The position numbers and the translations under genes were made by a program. From Carcharhinus amblyrhynchos (lineage: Eukaryota), in NCBI GenBank assembly GCA_965287045.1, contig OZ336889.1:44578001-44642000 (forward strand): 64,000 bases of DNA, given 5' to 3'. Positions 23,773 to 36,209 of the stretch are shown here, in pieces. Numbering within the stretch: position 1 is the stretch's first letter; each line of letters begins with the position of its first letter. The notes beneath the pieces were generated by a model. The model was given only the letters and a program-made list of their open reading frames with translations. It did no database searches and was not told the DNA's origin.

Positions 23773-25072
23773 ATAAGAACATAAGAAATAGGAGCAGGAG
23801 TAGGCCATCCAGCCCTTCGAGCCTGCCCCGCCATTCAATAAGATCATGGCTGATCTGTTGTAGCTCAGTTCCACTTTCCCGCCCTCTCCCCATAACCCTT
23901 AATCCCCTCTCTTATCAAAAACCCATCAACCCGCTTCTTAAAAATATTTAGCGAGGCAGCCTCCACCACTTCAACGGGCAGAGAATTCCAGAGATTCACC
24001 ACCCTTTGAGTGAAGAAGTTCCTCCTCAACTCCGTTCTAAACCGCCTCCCCTTTATCTTGAGGCTGTGCCCCCTAGTCCTACTGTCTTTTTTGAGCGGGA
24101 AGAGTCTCTCCACCTCTATCCTATCCATCCCATTCATCATCTTATACGTCTCAATGAGATCTCCCCTCATTCTTCTAAACTCTAACGAGTACAAGCCTAG
24201 TTTATTCAGCCTCTCCTCATAGCTCAATCCCCTCAACTCCGGTATCAGCCTAGTAAACCTCCTCTGCACTCCCTCCAGTGCCAAAATATCCTTGCGCAGG
24301 TGCGGCGCCCAAAACTGCACACAGTACTCCAGCTGCGGCCTCACCAATGCCCTATACAGCTGCAGCAAGACCTCCCTACTTTTATATTCAATCCCCCTCG
24401 CTATGAAGGCCAGCATCCCATTTGCCTTCCTGACCACCTGCTGCACCTGCAAGCTGGGTTTTTGCGACTCATGCACAAGGACCCCGAGGTCCCTCTGCAC
24501 CGTCGCCTGCTGCAGTTTTTCGCCACGTAAGTAATAGTCCTTCCTACCATTCTTCCTACCAAAGTGGACCACCTCACACTTGCCAACATTAAATTCCATT
24601 TGCCATTTCCTGGCCCATTCGCCCAGCCTATCTAGATCCTTCTGCAGACTCTCCACACCCTCCGCACAATTTGCCTTTCCCCCAATCTTGGTGTCATCAG
24701 CAAATTTCGACACCCTGCACTCGGTTCCCTCCTCCAGATCATCTATATAAATGGTAAATAGCTGAGGCCCCAGCACCGACCCCTGGGGCACCCCACTAGT
24801 CACCAACCGCCAATCCGAATAGCACCCATTGACCCCCACTCTCTGCCTCCTATTTGACAACCAATCCTCTATCCACACTAACACCCTACCCCCAACTCCA
24901 TGTCCCCTGACCTTCTGCAATAACCTCTTGTGAGGTACCTTGTCAAACGCCTTCTGAAAATCCAGAAAGACCACATCCACCGGCTCTCCTCTATCCACTG
25001 CCCTAGACACATCCTCATAGAACTCCAGTAAATTTGTCAGACACGACTTCCCTTTAATGAAACCGTGTTGCG
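23773..25072 (-). mobile_element. Young 5'-truncated CR1 LINE (1,300 bp) with open RT frame
   Basis: Stop-free ~400 codons with QHGF, DFQKAFDKV, GVPQGSVLGP, KFADDTK; (TTCTTATG)n 3' tail; absent at the homologous sites ~6270 and ~42520; apparent 4-bp duplication tttc (23769-23772 / 25073-25076). Confidence 0.95.
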
Positions 25073-28000
25073 TTTCCCAGGGTGGAAGAGTCAATTACTA
25101 GAGGACACATGTTTAAGATTCGACGAGCAAGGATTAAAGGAGATGTACGAGGCAGAATTTTCACACAGACGGTGATGGGTGCCTGGAACTCGTTGTTCCG
25201 GGAGGTAGGGGAAGCAGATACGATAGTAACTTTTACGAAGCGTCTTGTCAAACACATTGATAGAACGGGATGGGAGGGATATGGTCCCTGGAGGGTAGGG
25301 GGTTTTAGATCAGTCGAGTAGCATGGTCGGTGCAGGCTTGGAGGGCCGAAGGACTGTTCCTATGAGGCAATTTTCTTTGTTTTTCGCTCCAATAATACAA
25401 TCCAGAAAAAATAGGGAATACACTTTTCATCGAGGGAAGTTATTTCGGAGTGAAATGAAGAAACACTGCTTCGCATGCATCATAGTTGACTCGGATGTTT
25501 TTCTCATATATCCCCTCATTTCGGTCATAACTCATTTTATTCATTAGACCCATGTAGACCATGTTTCCACCCAATTACTGACCATCGAACTTTGTTTTTT
25601 TTTGCTCCCACTTTCTTTGCTGTCACTAACTGCTATCTCTCCTCAGATATTGTTCTTACTTTCACACCGATTACAATCAAACTTCTCCTTGAAACGAGAC
25701 TTGTTCCTCTTTCCTTGTAAGCTACTACCGATGTTCAGTTAACATTTCCTCTCTAAACTACTTGAAGATAATACCAACCCCAAATCCATAATATTGTTCC
25801 AACAATTCCAGCACTGAATCCCCACAATCGCGTTTCTGCTTCTGCCACAATACTGATATGTCCCTTATCAAAGTTACATTCTATTCAACTGTAACGATAG
25901 CAAACTATTTCTGGATTTTTTTTCAGTTTTTAAGGTTTAGTTTGCAGTTTCTTCATCATTGCCACAAATAGACTTCCAGCTATCGGTTGTAATCCAAACT
26001 GCAATTACTGTAATGAAGTTACTGTGAAAACTTCCGAGTCGCCACACCCCGGCACCTGGACGGGTACAATGAGAGAGAATTTAGCATCGCCAAAGCACCA
26101 AATCAGCCCATGTTTCGGACTGTGGGAGGCAACGGAGCACCCACACAGATATGGGAAGAACGTGCAGACTGTGACCCAAGCCGGGCATTGAAACCGGGTT
26201 CTTGGCGCTGTGAGGCAGAAGTTCTAACCGCCAAGACGCCCTACTGCTTATTCTTTTTGTATTGGCGTCGGTCTTTGACACGATTCCACACACGATCCAA
26301 CAATTCTCCATCGTTAATCAGTTGCTTGGACCTCTGCTCATGATCTGGTTCCATTATTATTTATCAGATAATATCCACAGATTGTCTAGAATAGGTCTCT
26401 TCCTGCTCCCATGCCAGCAACTCAGCAATATGCCCCTGGCCCCATTCTTTTTCCCATCCACATGCTCCCCCTTGTCGGCGTCATCTGAAAGCACAACAGA
26501 CTTTTTATGCACTCTGAAAGCACGTAGCTCTATCTCACCATCGCCTCACTGAACATTTCTATTGTGATGATCAGAATTCTCCTCCAACTATTGGGAAGAA
26601 TAAATTCGTTGCGCGGCGAGGGCCCCTTTGAGCCTATTGAGCCTCTTAAGTGACCTATTATGAATCAGTCAAGTGCTTCATCCTGTCCGCACTGCAGTTA
26701 TTGAAAGAGATATCCAACTAATCGCGCTCCAGAGCTCGATTAGCATTTCATGCAGGCATCGGTTTCATTCATCTATCCGATCTTCATCCTGAAGTTAGAA
26801 TTGGATCGGTTTCCTGTGCTCTTCCAGTGAAATTCAGATCAACAAAACTCATTGCATATATTTTCATCCGGCACCTTTGGAGACGCAATTTTCACTCTGT
26901 TTCTGTCTCCACAGGTGCTTCCAGGCCAGCTGATTTGTTTCCCGAATATTCTGGGGTTTTTTAGCTACTCTTGCCTTTGGCACTTTGGCACAGTGCTTAC
27001 CATTGCGAATTCTCCCTTAGTGTACCCAAACAGGTGCCGGAGTGTAGCGACTTGGGGATTTGACAATAATTTTATTGCGGTGTTAATGTACGCCTACTCG
27101 TGCCACTAACACATCAATTTCAAACTGTAAAGTTAAACGATAAAAAAACTTCAAAGAGTGGGCTTGAGTCTGGGGAATTTGTGGCGAACAAAAAGATTGC
27201 AGATGAAGAGAACAGACATTTTGCTTTAGTTTTCATGGTAGAGGATACAAGTTGTCCCGTAGAACTAGCTGTAGAGCAGGAAATTAGAATGGCATTAAGA
27301 ACGTTATTGAAAATGTCAGTTGCTAAGTCCTCAGATCCTGATGGCTTTCATCGAAGGTCTTAGAAGAAGTGACAAATGAGACAATTGATAGGCTGGTTGT
27401 AATGTTGCAAAATTGCCCAGATTCTGGGAAGTGTTCGTTAGATTGGGAAAAGCGACGGTAGCACCTTAATGCAATAGGAAAGAACGACCTATAGCAGGAA
27501 ACAACATATGTTAGCTGAACAACACCAGTTAGCTGAACATCTGACATATAAGGAAAATGTTAGGAGCGGTTATTAAGATTTGATAGCAGGGCACATAAGT
27601 AAAACACGATAATCAGATAGAGCCAACACAGTTTTGTCAAAGGGAAGTCATGTTCAATCAATTTACTGGAGTGATTTGAAGAAGTGACGTGCTGTGGATA
27701 AAGGGGAGCGGGTGGATGTACTGTGTTTTCCAGTAAGGATTTGATAAGATGTCACAGCAAAGACTATTGCTGAAAATGAGAGTTTATCGTGTGGGAGCAT
27801 GGACAGAAAATTTACGAGCGAATAGGAAGTAGAGAGTAGGGAAAAGGGTCAATTTTGTGATTCGCACGATGTCTGGAGTGATGTGCTACACTGATCGGTG
27901 CTGTGGCCTCAACTCTTTACAATATATATAAATAATGGTATGTTTTCAGTATGGTACCAGGTATGTTCTTGCTTTCTACTACGTTTTACATGCGCTCTGA

Positions 28001-31000
28001 TATTCGCCTTTCTTCCCCCAAACTCCTTCACTCCTGGCCTCTAATTCTCATCTGTAAATACCTCCGTAAATGAAAACAAATTTTGCGCCACTGCCGCTTT
28101 GGCCTTACTTCACTGCTGCTTTTGGAACGAGTTCAGGTGAACGGGCTTTTCTGTAACACGTAAACCAATCTGGTCAGGAGGTTCATCATCAATACCACTG
28201 CTAACAGCGTGTCACCAGTATTGCTCGTCATGTATTGTGCACATGTTTCCTAATAGCACAAATGTTTTTGATTTGATTTGATTTGATTTCTCACTGTTTT
28301 AGATAATAGTATACAGTGACAAGTATTCTTTCTTACACGTTTTATCGACAAAGCATACCGTTCATAGAGAAGGAAAGGAGCGAGTGCAGAATGTAGTGTA
28401 ACAGTCACATCTAGGGTATGGAGAAACATCAACTCAATGCGAGTTAGGTCCACTCAAAAGTCCGAGGGCAGCAGGAAAGAAGGTGTTCTTAATTTGGTTG
28501 GTACGTGTCCTCAGACTTCATTTTTTCGCGACGGAGTCGCATATGTACTGAGTAAGGATGCCAGATTTCCTGCCGGGAATGATTTTAATGAAGCGAATGT
28601 CTTTTTTCAGCAATTCAGTAGTTTCATGGTTAGCATGATAATAACTGATTTTGTTCAAGATTTATTGCCAGATACCATGATGGGAATTAGTATCATTGCT
28701 TGTTCCAGGACTCTGCAATACTCATCCGGCAATTAGTCGCCGGTCTTTGGCGTCCGGCACGCTTTACAGTGTTAGTTCCTGCTCCCTTGTTTGAGGCTAG
28801 GCGTGCACCTGTCTTCGAAGCGTTTGAAATGCATCATAAACGTACGGATCGGATTTAAGCTTAATTTACTAGAGACTGAACACTGTTTCGCCGAACACAA
28901 CAGTGCGAATAACCCTTCTACAGAAATTGTGTTTCTCTCTTCCCAAGTACTACCAGATCTCCCGAATTTATCTTCAATTTTATGTTGTAATTGTCATTTT
29001 ATTCTTCCTGCTTTCTATTGGACTTTGCACAATTGAAGAAAGAAGTCTAAAAGGAATCCCAACGAACCTTATGCAGAAATTGTGTTTCTCTCTTCAAAAG
29101 TGCTATCAGATCTCCCGAATTTATCCTAAATTTTATGTTATAATTGTCATTTCATTCTCCCTGCTTTCTATTGGACTATGCACAACTGATGAAAGAAGTC
29201 GGAACCGAATCCCAATGAACCTGTGCGTGTTTTGCGGCTGAACCGGCAGATGGCAATATTGCATTGATATACCAAGGACCGTGTTATTACATGAAGTGTA
29301 TATGGGGCGAGAAATATCTCAAAATGTCAATTCCTGGCAAAATACGTGGACACTTGGAAAATAGGGACTCGGACATGAAAGTCGTTTTCAGAATATTCTC
29401 ATTAGGTATTGCCAATTAATTCGGATGTTTCATGAGTTCCCCTTTTTAATGGTGAATGTCCATAGTATCAGAAAATCCGAATGATGAGAAGCAGTAAGAA
29501 CCCAGTGCCACTAAATCTGTTACTATCACTTCCTTTCCTGCGTCATTCACTAAAGATAATGCTGACAGCGCCACATTAATGACCCGAACGTTCAGAAATT
29601 TGATAGGATAAAATTAGACAAAAAGGCGCGAACACGTTTCATACCATCACATGAACTGAAACGAAGATCAGGCCGAAGGTCGTGGCTGATGAGGTCGTGG
29701 GGTCCACCCCACATTCGGTCTGCCCCTGTGCTCGTTGGGTCCCTTTTCAATCAGTAATCTATCGAATTCTGCATTTTTTTAATGGGATGTGGGCATCGCC
29801 GGTTCGACCAGCATTTATTCCTCACCGCTAATTATCCTGGAGATGATGGTGGTGAACTGCTTTGTTGAATCAGCGCCATCCCTGTGGTCTAAGTAAGCAA
29901 TATATCCCCAGGTCAGATTGTGAATGACTTGGAGGAGAGCGCGAAGATGGTGGTGTTCCCATGTGTCTGCTCCCCTTGTACTTCTGGACGGTAGAGGTGT
30001 GATTTTGTAAGGTGTTGCCCATGGTTATTGGATGGGTTTTTGCAGTATTTGGTGCAGATGGTCCCAACTGCTGCCACTGTTCATCGTGACGGAAGCAGTT
30101 TGTGGAAGAGGTGCCAGTCAAGTTTTCTCCTGGATGGTGTGAGCTTCTTGAAAGTTATAGAAGTTGCACTCTCCTGGCTAGTGCAAATATTCTATCACAC
30201 TCCTGACTTGTGCCTCGCAGATGGTGCACAGGCTTGGGAGTCAGGAAGTGAGACACTTGCCACAGGATTCATGCCCTCCGACTTGCTCTTGTAGCCACCA
30301 TATTTAAATGTCGACACCAGTTCAGTTTCTGGTCAATGGTCGGCCTTAGGAAGTCGACAGTGGCGGCATTACCGTTGGATGTCAAGAGACATTGATTAGT
30401 TGTTGGAGATGGCCATTTCCTGGCACTACTTTGTCCCGAAGGATACTTGCCACTTGTCAACCCAAGCTTGGATATTGTACTGGACTTGCTGCATTTGGAC
30501 ATGGACGACTTCATTCTGTGAGGATGCAGGAATGGTACTGTACACTATGCGATCATCCTCATTGCTGATATTATGATGCAAGGAACGTTATTGGTAGAGC
30601 AGCTGAAGATAGTTGGGCCTGGAATATCATCTTGAGAAACTCTTGCAGAGAAGTGTGCAAATTAGAGGATTGAACTCCAACCACAGCAAGACTTTTCCCT
30701 GTGCCAGGTATGACTGCAGCCAGCATAGAAATTTCCCTCTGAATCGAATTGACTCCATTATTCCTCGAGCTCCTTAATTCCACCCGTACTGCCTTGACGT
30801 CAAAGGCAGTCACTTCACATCTGACATTCAATTACTCTTGTCCATGTTTGACTCAAAGTTGTCATGAAGTCAGGCGCTGGGTGACTAACGGAATCCAAAC
30901 TATGTGTCAGTGAGTAGGTTCCTGCTAAATTCCTGCCGTCTGATTGTGCTGTTAATGACCCCTTCCATCAACTTGCTGATGACCTGGAGGGGCCTGATGG

Positions 31001-34000
31001 CTGATGAATAAGGTTGGAGATGCCCTTCTTTTTGCATAGAGGACATAACTGGGCAATTTTCTGCAATGATGGGTAGATGCCAGTGTAGTAGACGCCCTTA
31101 AACAACTTGACAGGCGGGGCGGCATGGTCTGGAGCATAAGTCTTCAGGACTGTTGACAGAATATTGTTAGGGTCCAAAGCCTTTGCAGTATCCAACAGCT
31201 TTCGGACATGTCTTGGTATCACGTGGAGCGCATTGAATTGGCTGAAGCTTGACATCCGCGATGTTGACCATTCCTTTAGAAGGCCAAGATGTGACAGAAG
31301 ATTGTTGCGAAGGCTTTAGCCTTATCTTTTCTCACTGATCGTTGAGGATGGGTACATCTGTGATGTCTTCTCTTCCAGTGAGTTGTTTAATTATCCACTA
31401 CCATTCACGATGGGATATTCCTGGTAAAGAGAGTTCCACAGACTAATGTCTTCTACGGAAAATGAAATTCTCTTCATCTCCATCTCAACTGGAAAGCCTC
31501 CTATTTTAATTCATGTCCCCCCCTTCCAGTCTCCTTGGAGGGGAGGCACTTCCTCAGCATTCACCATCTCAACTTCCCTCGGGATAGTAGGTGTTTCAGC
31601 AGGATCACATTGAATTCTCCGAAACTCTAATGGGTACAAGACCCAACTCTCCAACCGTTCCCAATATGATATCCCTTTCATCTGAAGGGGGCACCTTTCT
31701 CCGAATGTTGCTGGTGATATTGTATCCGTTCTGAGGTACCCGGGCCAACAGGAAAGTACTTTAGATGTGCTCGCGACAAAGCACGACAAATTTGTAGCGA
31801 ATCTTCCCTACTTTTATATTCCATCCCACTTGCAATAGGTGATAAAATTGCGTTTGCTTTCGTAATCACTTAAAGCTTCATGCTAAAGTTTTGTGAATCA
31901 CGTTCCGAGGCACCCAGATTCCCCAGTGCTGCAGATCTTTGCACTCTCATCTCCGTGTGAATAATTTGAGCTTTCCATTCTTCCTGCCAAAGTGGACCAA
32001 TTCGCATTTCACCACATTATACTCCACCTGTTTCTTTTTACCACTCCCGTAGCCTATCTAAATCCTGTTGGATACCATCTTTGCTCGCTTCACAATTTAC
32101 TTTCCCTCCTGTATTAAATTCGTGAGAAAAAGTTGCAATCAATCCTTCCCATCATCCATGGCATTTCTGAAAATTGATAACATTTTAGGCCCCAGCTGTA
32201 ATCCTGTGATTCACCGCTGGCTACAGTTTGCCCCTCCCCCCCTACAAAAAAATGGCTCAGTTACCCCACCTGTCTGTTTCTGTAAGGCAACCATTCCTCT
32301 GTTCGTGATCAATATTATCCTATACATGATGACCTCCTATTTGACATTTCATAATGTATCTTTGAAACTGTTTCTTATTAAATACCTTTTGGAAATCCAA
32401 GTCTACAGGTTCCTCTTTATTCACGTTACTAACAAGTTGCTCCAATAAGTATAGGAAATTAGTACAGTATGGCTTCAATTGTACAAAACCATGTTGGCTC
32501 TACATAATTGCAAGTGCCATGCGATAACATTCAAATAACAGATTTGAGCATTTCACTTTTGACAGATCTTAGGCTAATTGGCTTGCAGTTACATGTTTTC
32601 AGTTTCTTTCTTTTCTTGAATAGAGGAGATAGATATGCGATTTCCCGATCTCGTGGAGTAATAGAATAACTACAATGCGGACAGAGGGAAATCGGCCCTT
32701 CGCGTCTGCATCCACTCCCCCTCAGGGTATCTTACCCAGCTCTATCATGTCCTAATGACTTGACAGCCTTTAGTTCTGACCGCTTTCTCAGTAGCATTGA
32801 CCTGGTGGTTGTAATTGCTTTCTGTTCCTCGCTCCTTTCTCCCTCTTCACCTGCAAGTATTTCTGGGACATTATTTACATATTCTACAGCAAGGCAGAGA
32901 AAACATATCAATTCTTCTGCCGTTTCCTCATTTCGTATAATGATTTTTCGACGTTCCTTTTCCAGAGTAACAGCACTCATTTTAGTGAGCATTTTCCTTT
33001 TTAAAAGCAAGTTACATTCATTTAATATCTCCAGCTAACATTCTCTCATACTCTAAGTTCTCCTTTGTCATTACTTTATTTGTCAATCTTTGTCGGTTTT
33101 TATATTCTTCCCAATCTTTAGCTCTGTCACTAATCGCAAAGTTTCACACTTTTTCTCCCACTTGGGCGCAGTCATTGGAGATGTTGGGACTTTAACATCT
33201 CCTTGAAGTGGGCCCGCTTTCTGTCTGTAATTTCAGCTGCATACCGTCTTCAGTCAACTTTAACCTGCATTCCTGGCCCTATGCCAATCATTTTCCGATT
33301 CGACTCACACGCCATGAGGGTGGTTCTTCTCTCGCTTCTGCTGTCTTGTTGCATTAAACTGAACTAGTATCTGTCTCTCTCCCTCTCTCCACACTGCAGA
33401 TGTCAACTCTGTACATTCCACCCACGGGCAAGGCCTTAAACCTCTCACTCCCTGGGTACTGACTGCACTGCATGACGTCGACCTGAGACATATCCTTTCA
33501 GGAAATACACTGCGATAACTTTCAGCCTAACAACTTTAATTATCTGTTCCTGATCCCTCTCCCTGACCGCCGTTTGGAAATGTTCCCACTGATGGTAAAA
33601 TTTTAATATTCCTTCCCCACCCTTCATTCTGTCCACACAAGAGTCACTAAAATTCCAGTAACCGAGTCCAAATGCAAGCAAATATGTTAACCCTTTTATC
33701 TTTGTTAGACCCCAGCTCGAGTATTAGTCCAGTTCTTGACAATATTCTTCAAAAGTATTTGAGAGCTTTGGAGAGTGTGCAGGAAGGTGTATTAGCATGT
33801 TTCCAGGATAAAAGTCCTCAGTTAGATGTAAGGACGAGAAACGTGGAGTTGTTCTCCTCAGAGCCGCACAGTAGATTTGATAAAGATGTTCTTAAAGGTG
33901 TTGGATAAAGAAAGTAGGAGCTGCTTCAAATGTCGGGAAGTTTGATCACCAGAAGGCAAACATCTGAAATAACTCGGGATCAGGAACAGAAGAGGGCTGG

Positions 34001-34816
34001 TGCTGGGTAAATATGTTCCGATTCTTAATGATCTGGAGACAACTGGATCAAGGGCTGGTGGAAGAGGAATTAACAATCTCTGTCAGAAAGGTAGAAAATA
34101 TGCCGAAAACTGGAGTAAGACCAAGACAGAAATTCCAGTTCTATCGCTCCTTTACAGAACCGACATGGATGTGATGGGCTGATTGCCCTCTTTCTGCGAT
34201 CACCCTTCTCGAATTCTTTACACTGACACAACTGTATCTGCACCGCGATCGGCAGCTCTCCAGGCGAAGTAATTAATTCATTTCTTCTCGTTCTCCTCTG
34301 TGCGCCTCAGCTGCATAACCAAAATGTTACTTCTCCCAATTGTTCAAGGACACATGGGGTGAAGGTATGTGACAAGCTAATGTTATCAACATTTAAAGGG
34401 TTTGCTTGATTTTGTTTAACTTTTCAAATGAGGGAGTAATAGAACATTGTACGAAAGCTTCTGCAATACTGTCGTGCGGCGGGAGGAGACGGTGGTGTTG
34501 CGGGGGTGGGTCACCGGTCATCAGAAATCTGATTTTAAAAAATCTGCAACTTCAGCTCAGTCCGACGTCGGCAAATGCATTGACATTCTCAAACTCATTG
34601 TTCCCTATGCCAGGAAATGTACCCGTCAAATCAAGCAATGAAAATCATGCGAAAGCTCTGTTTCCTAGAGCATTTCACTTTGCCAAGGCCGCACTCACTG
34701 TGTATGCCGTGGGTTTCTAACACTTGAATAAAGCTGAGTGGGCAGTCTTGGCACTTCAATCACATTCAAAGAGCAAAGAAGGTAGGTAATGTTTCTCCTG
34801 GATTGCCTGTCATTCA

Positions 34817-35166
34817 NNNNNNNNNNNNNNNNNNNNNNNNNNNNNNNNNNNNNNNNNNNNNNNNNNNNNNNNNNNNNNNNNNNNNNNNNNNNNNNNNNNN
34901 NNNNNNNNNNNNNNNNNNNNNNNNNNNNNNNNNNNNNNNNNNNNNNNNNNNNNNNNNNNNNNNNNNNNNNNNNNNNNTAACAATCTATTTATCTATCTGT
35001 CGATCTATCTATCTTTTTCTCTGTCTATCTATCTATTTGTCTATCTGTCTGTCTATCTATCTATCTATCGATCTGTCGATCTATCTGTCTGTTTCTCCTC
35101 TATCTATCTATTGATCTATCTCTCTATTCCTCTGTCCGTCAATCGATCTATCTCTCTATCTTATCC
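34817..35166. repeat. (TCTA)n microsatellite including a 161-nt N run (34817-34977)
   Basis: Directly visible. Confidence 0.9.
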
Positions 35167-35534
35167 ATCATCGCGAAAACCCAATAAGAAGTGTGGCTTT
35201 ACGCCTCTCTGTGTGCACGTGAAATCTAAACTCACACTTTTCGTCTTTAATTTATTCACCAAGGACATTACGCCTATTAAACAGCTCACTGCCCGCAACA
35301 TTTATTTATTGTAATCTGCAGGCTGCCAGAGATCAAACCACACTCCATTTAATCTCTTTTACCTTTCACAGCACCGTTTGGTTTTTTTTGCGGGGCGGCT
35401 TGTGTTGGGTATTGAGGCATTTTACATGCTATTCTGCGCCTTGGGAGATTTATATTTCTTCTTTTCCAAAATGGCTGATGTGCTCATTCTGCAAATATCA
35501 GACAATACCGAAATGGAGATCGTCGACCGAATAA

Positions 35535-35555
35535 CACGTGACAGGAAATTTGCAT
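35535..35555 (+). promoter_or_regulatory. V promoter (type B): E-box, Ets core and octamer
   Basis: CACGTG 35535-35540, CAGGAA, ATTTGCAT 35548-35555. Confidence 0.85.
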
Positions 35556-35676
35556 ACGTCATTAATATTCATTCGCCCTGCGGTGTTTGAGTCTTTTTAA
35601 GGAGAGGTTGGAATGGACTCAGAAGCGCGTTCGTGTCAGGATTTATTTTCCTTCTTCCTCTCCCCAAACCTTCACC

Positions 35677-35725
35677 ATGACACAATCGATTGGAGTTCTC
35701 GCCGCACTGATACTCTGTTTCCACA
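35677..35725 (+). CDS. IGLV: Ig light-chain leader exon, gene B
   Basis: Identical to the leader at 16807-16855; gtaagt donor. Confidence 0.93.
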
Positions 35726-35864
35726 GTAAGTACGGGCGTCGGCCTGAAGTAACGCTCATTTTTTTTCACATTATCTGCTTCTGCGTTTGTGTTTTAACGA
35801 ACCTGAATTGTGAGCTATATTCAACATTTCACAGTGTGACTGACAATACTTTGCATTTCACCAG

Positions 35865-36209
35865 GTACAATTGCGGATCCTGTCCTGACCCAACCAGGAT
35901 CCATTTCGTCCTCACCGGGAAAGACCGTCACCATCACTTGCACCATGTCCGGAGGCAGCATTGGCAGCTACCCGAGCTGGTACTGGCAGAAACCCGACAG
36001 CGCCCCTGTGCTTGTTTGGTCCCAGTACTCTGGTCTGGCTTCGGGTATTCCGAATCGATTCGCCGGGTCTGTGGACTCATCAAGTAACAAGATGCATTTA
36101 ACCATCACCAACGTGCAATCGGAGGACGCTGCAGATTATTACTGTGGTACTCGGCTCAGCAGTCCATATAGATTCATCTTCGGGAGAGGAACGAAGTTGA
36201 ATCTGGGCA
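35865..36209 (+). CDS. IGLV: Germline-joined VJ exon, type B
   Basis: DPVLTQ...CTMSGGSIGSYPSWYWQKP...YYCGTRLSSPYRFIFGRGTKLNLG; intact splice sites; leader+VJ+C3 = 717 nt in frame (238 aa). Confidence 0.96.

Noticed and set aside
23865-25094. 409-aa RT ORF as a domesticated or diversity-generating reverse transcriptase linked to the Ig genes
   Set aside because: It is a 5'-truncated CR1 ORF2 lacking the endonuclease, promoter and a true ATG (the first residues come from flanking DNA), and is present in one unit only.
35587-36087. 166-aa ORF spanning leader and V (also 60775-61275)
   Set aside because: Read-through of the leader intron into a wrong V frame; broken in gene A; explained by normal splicing.
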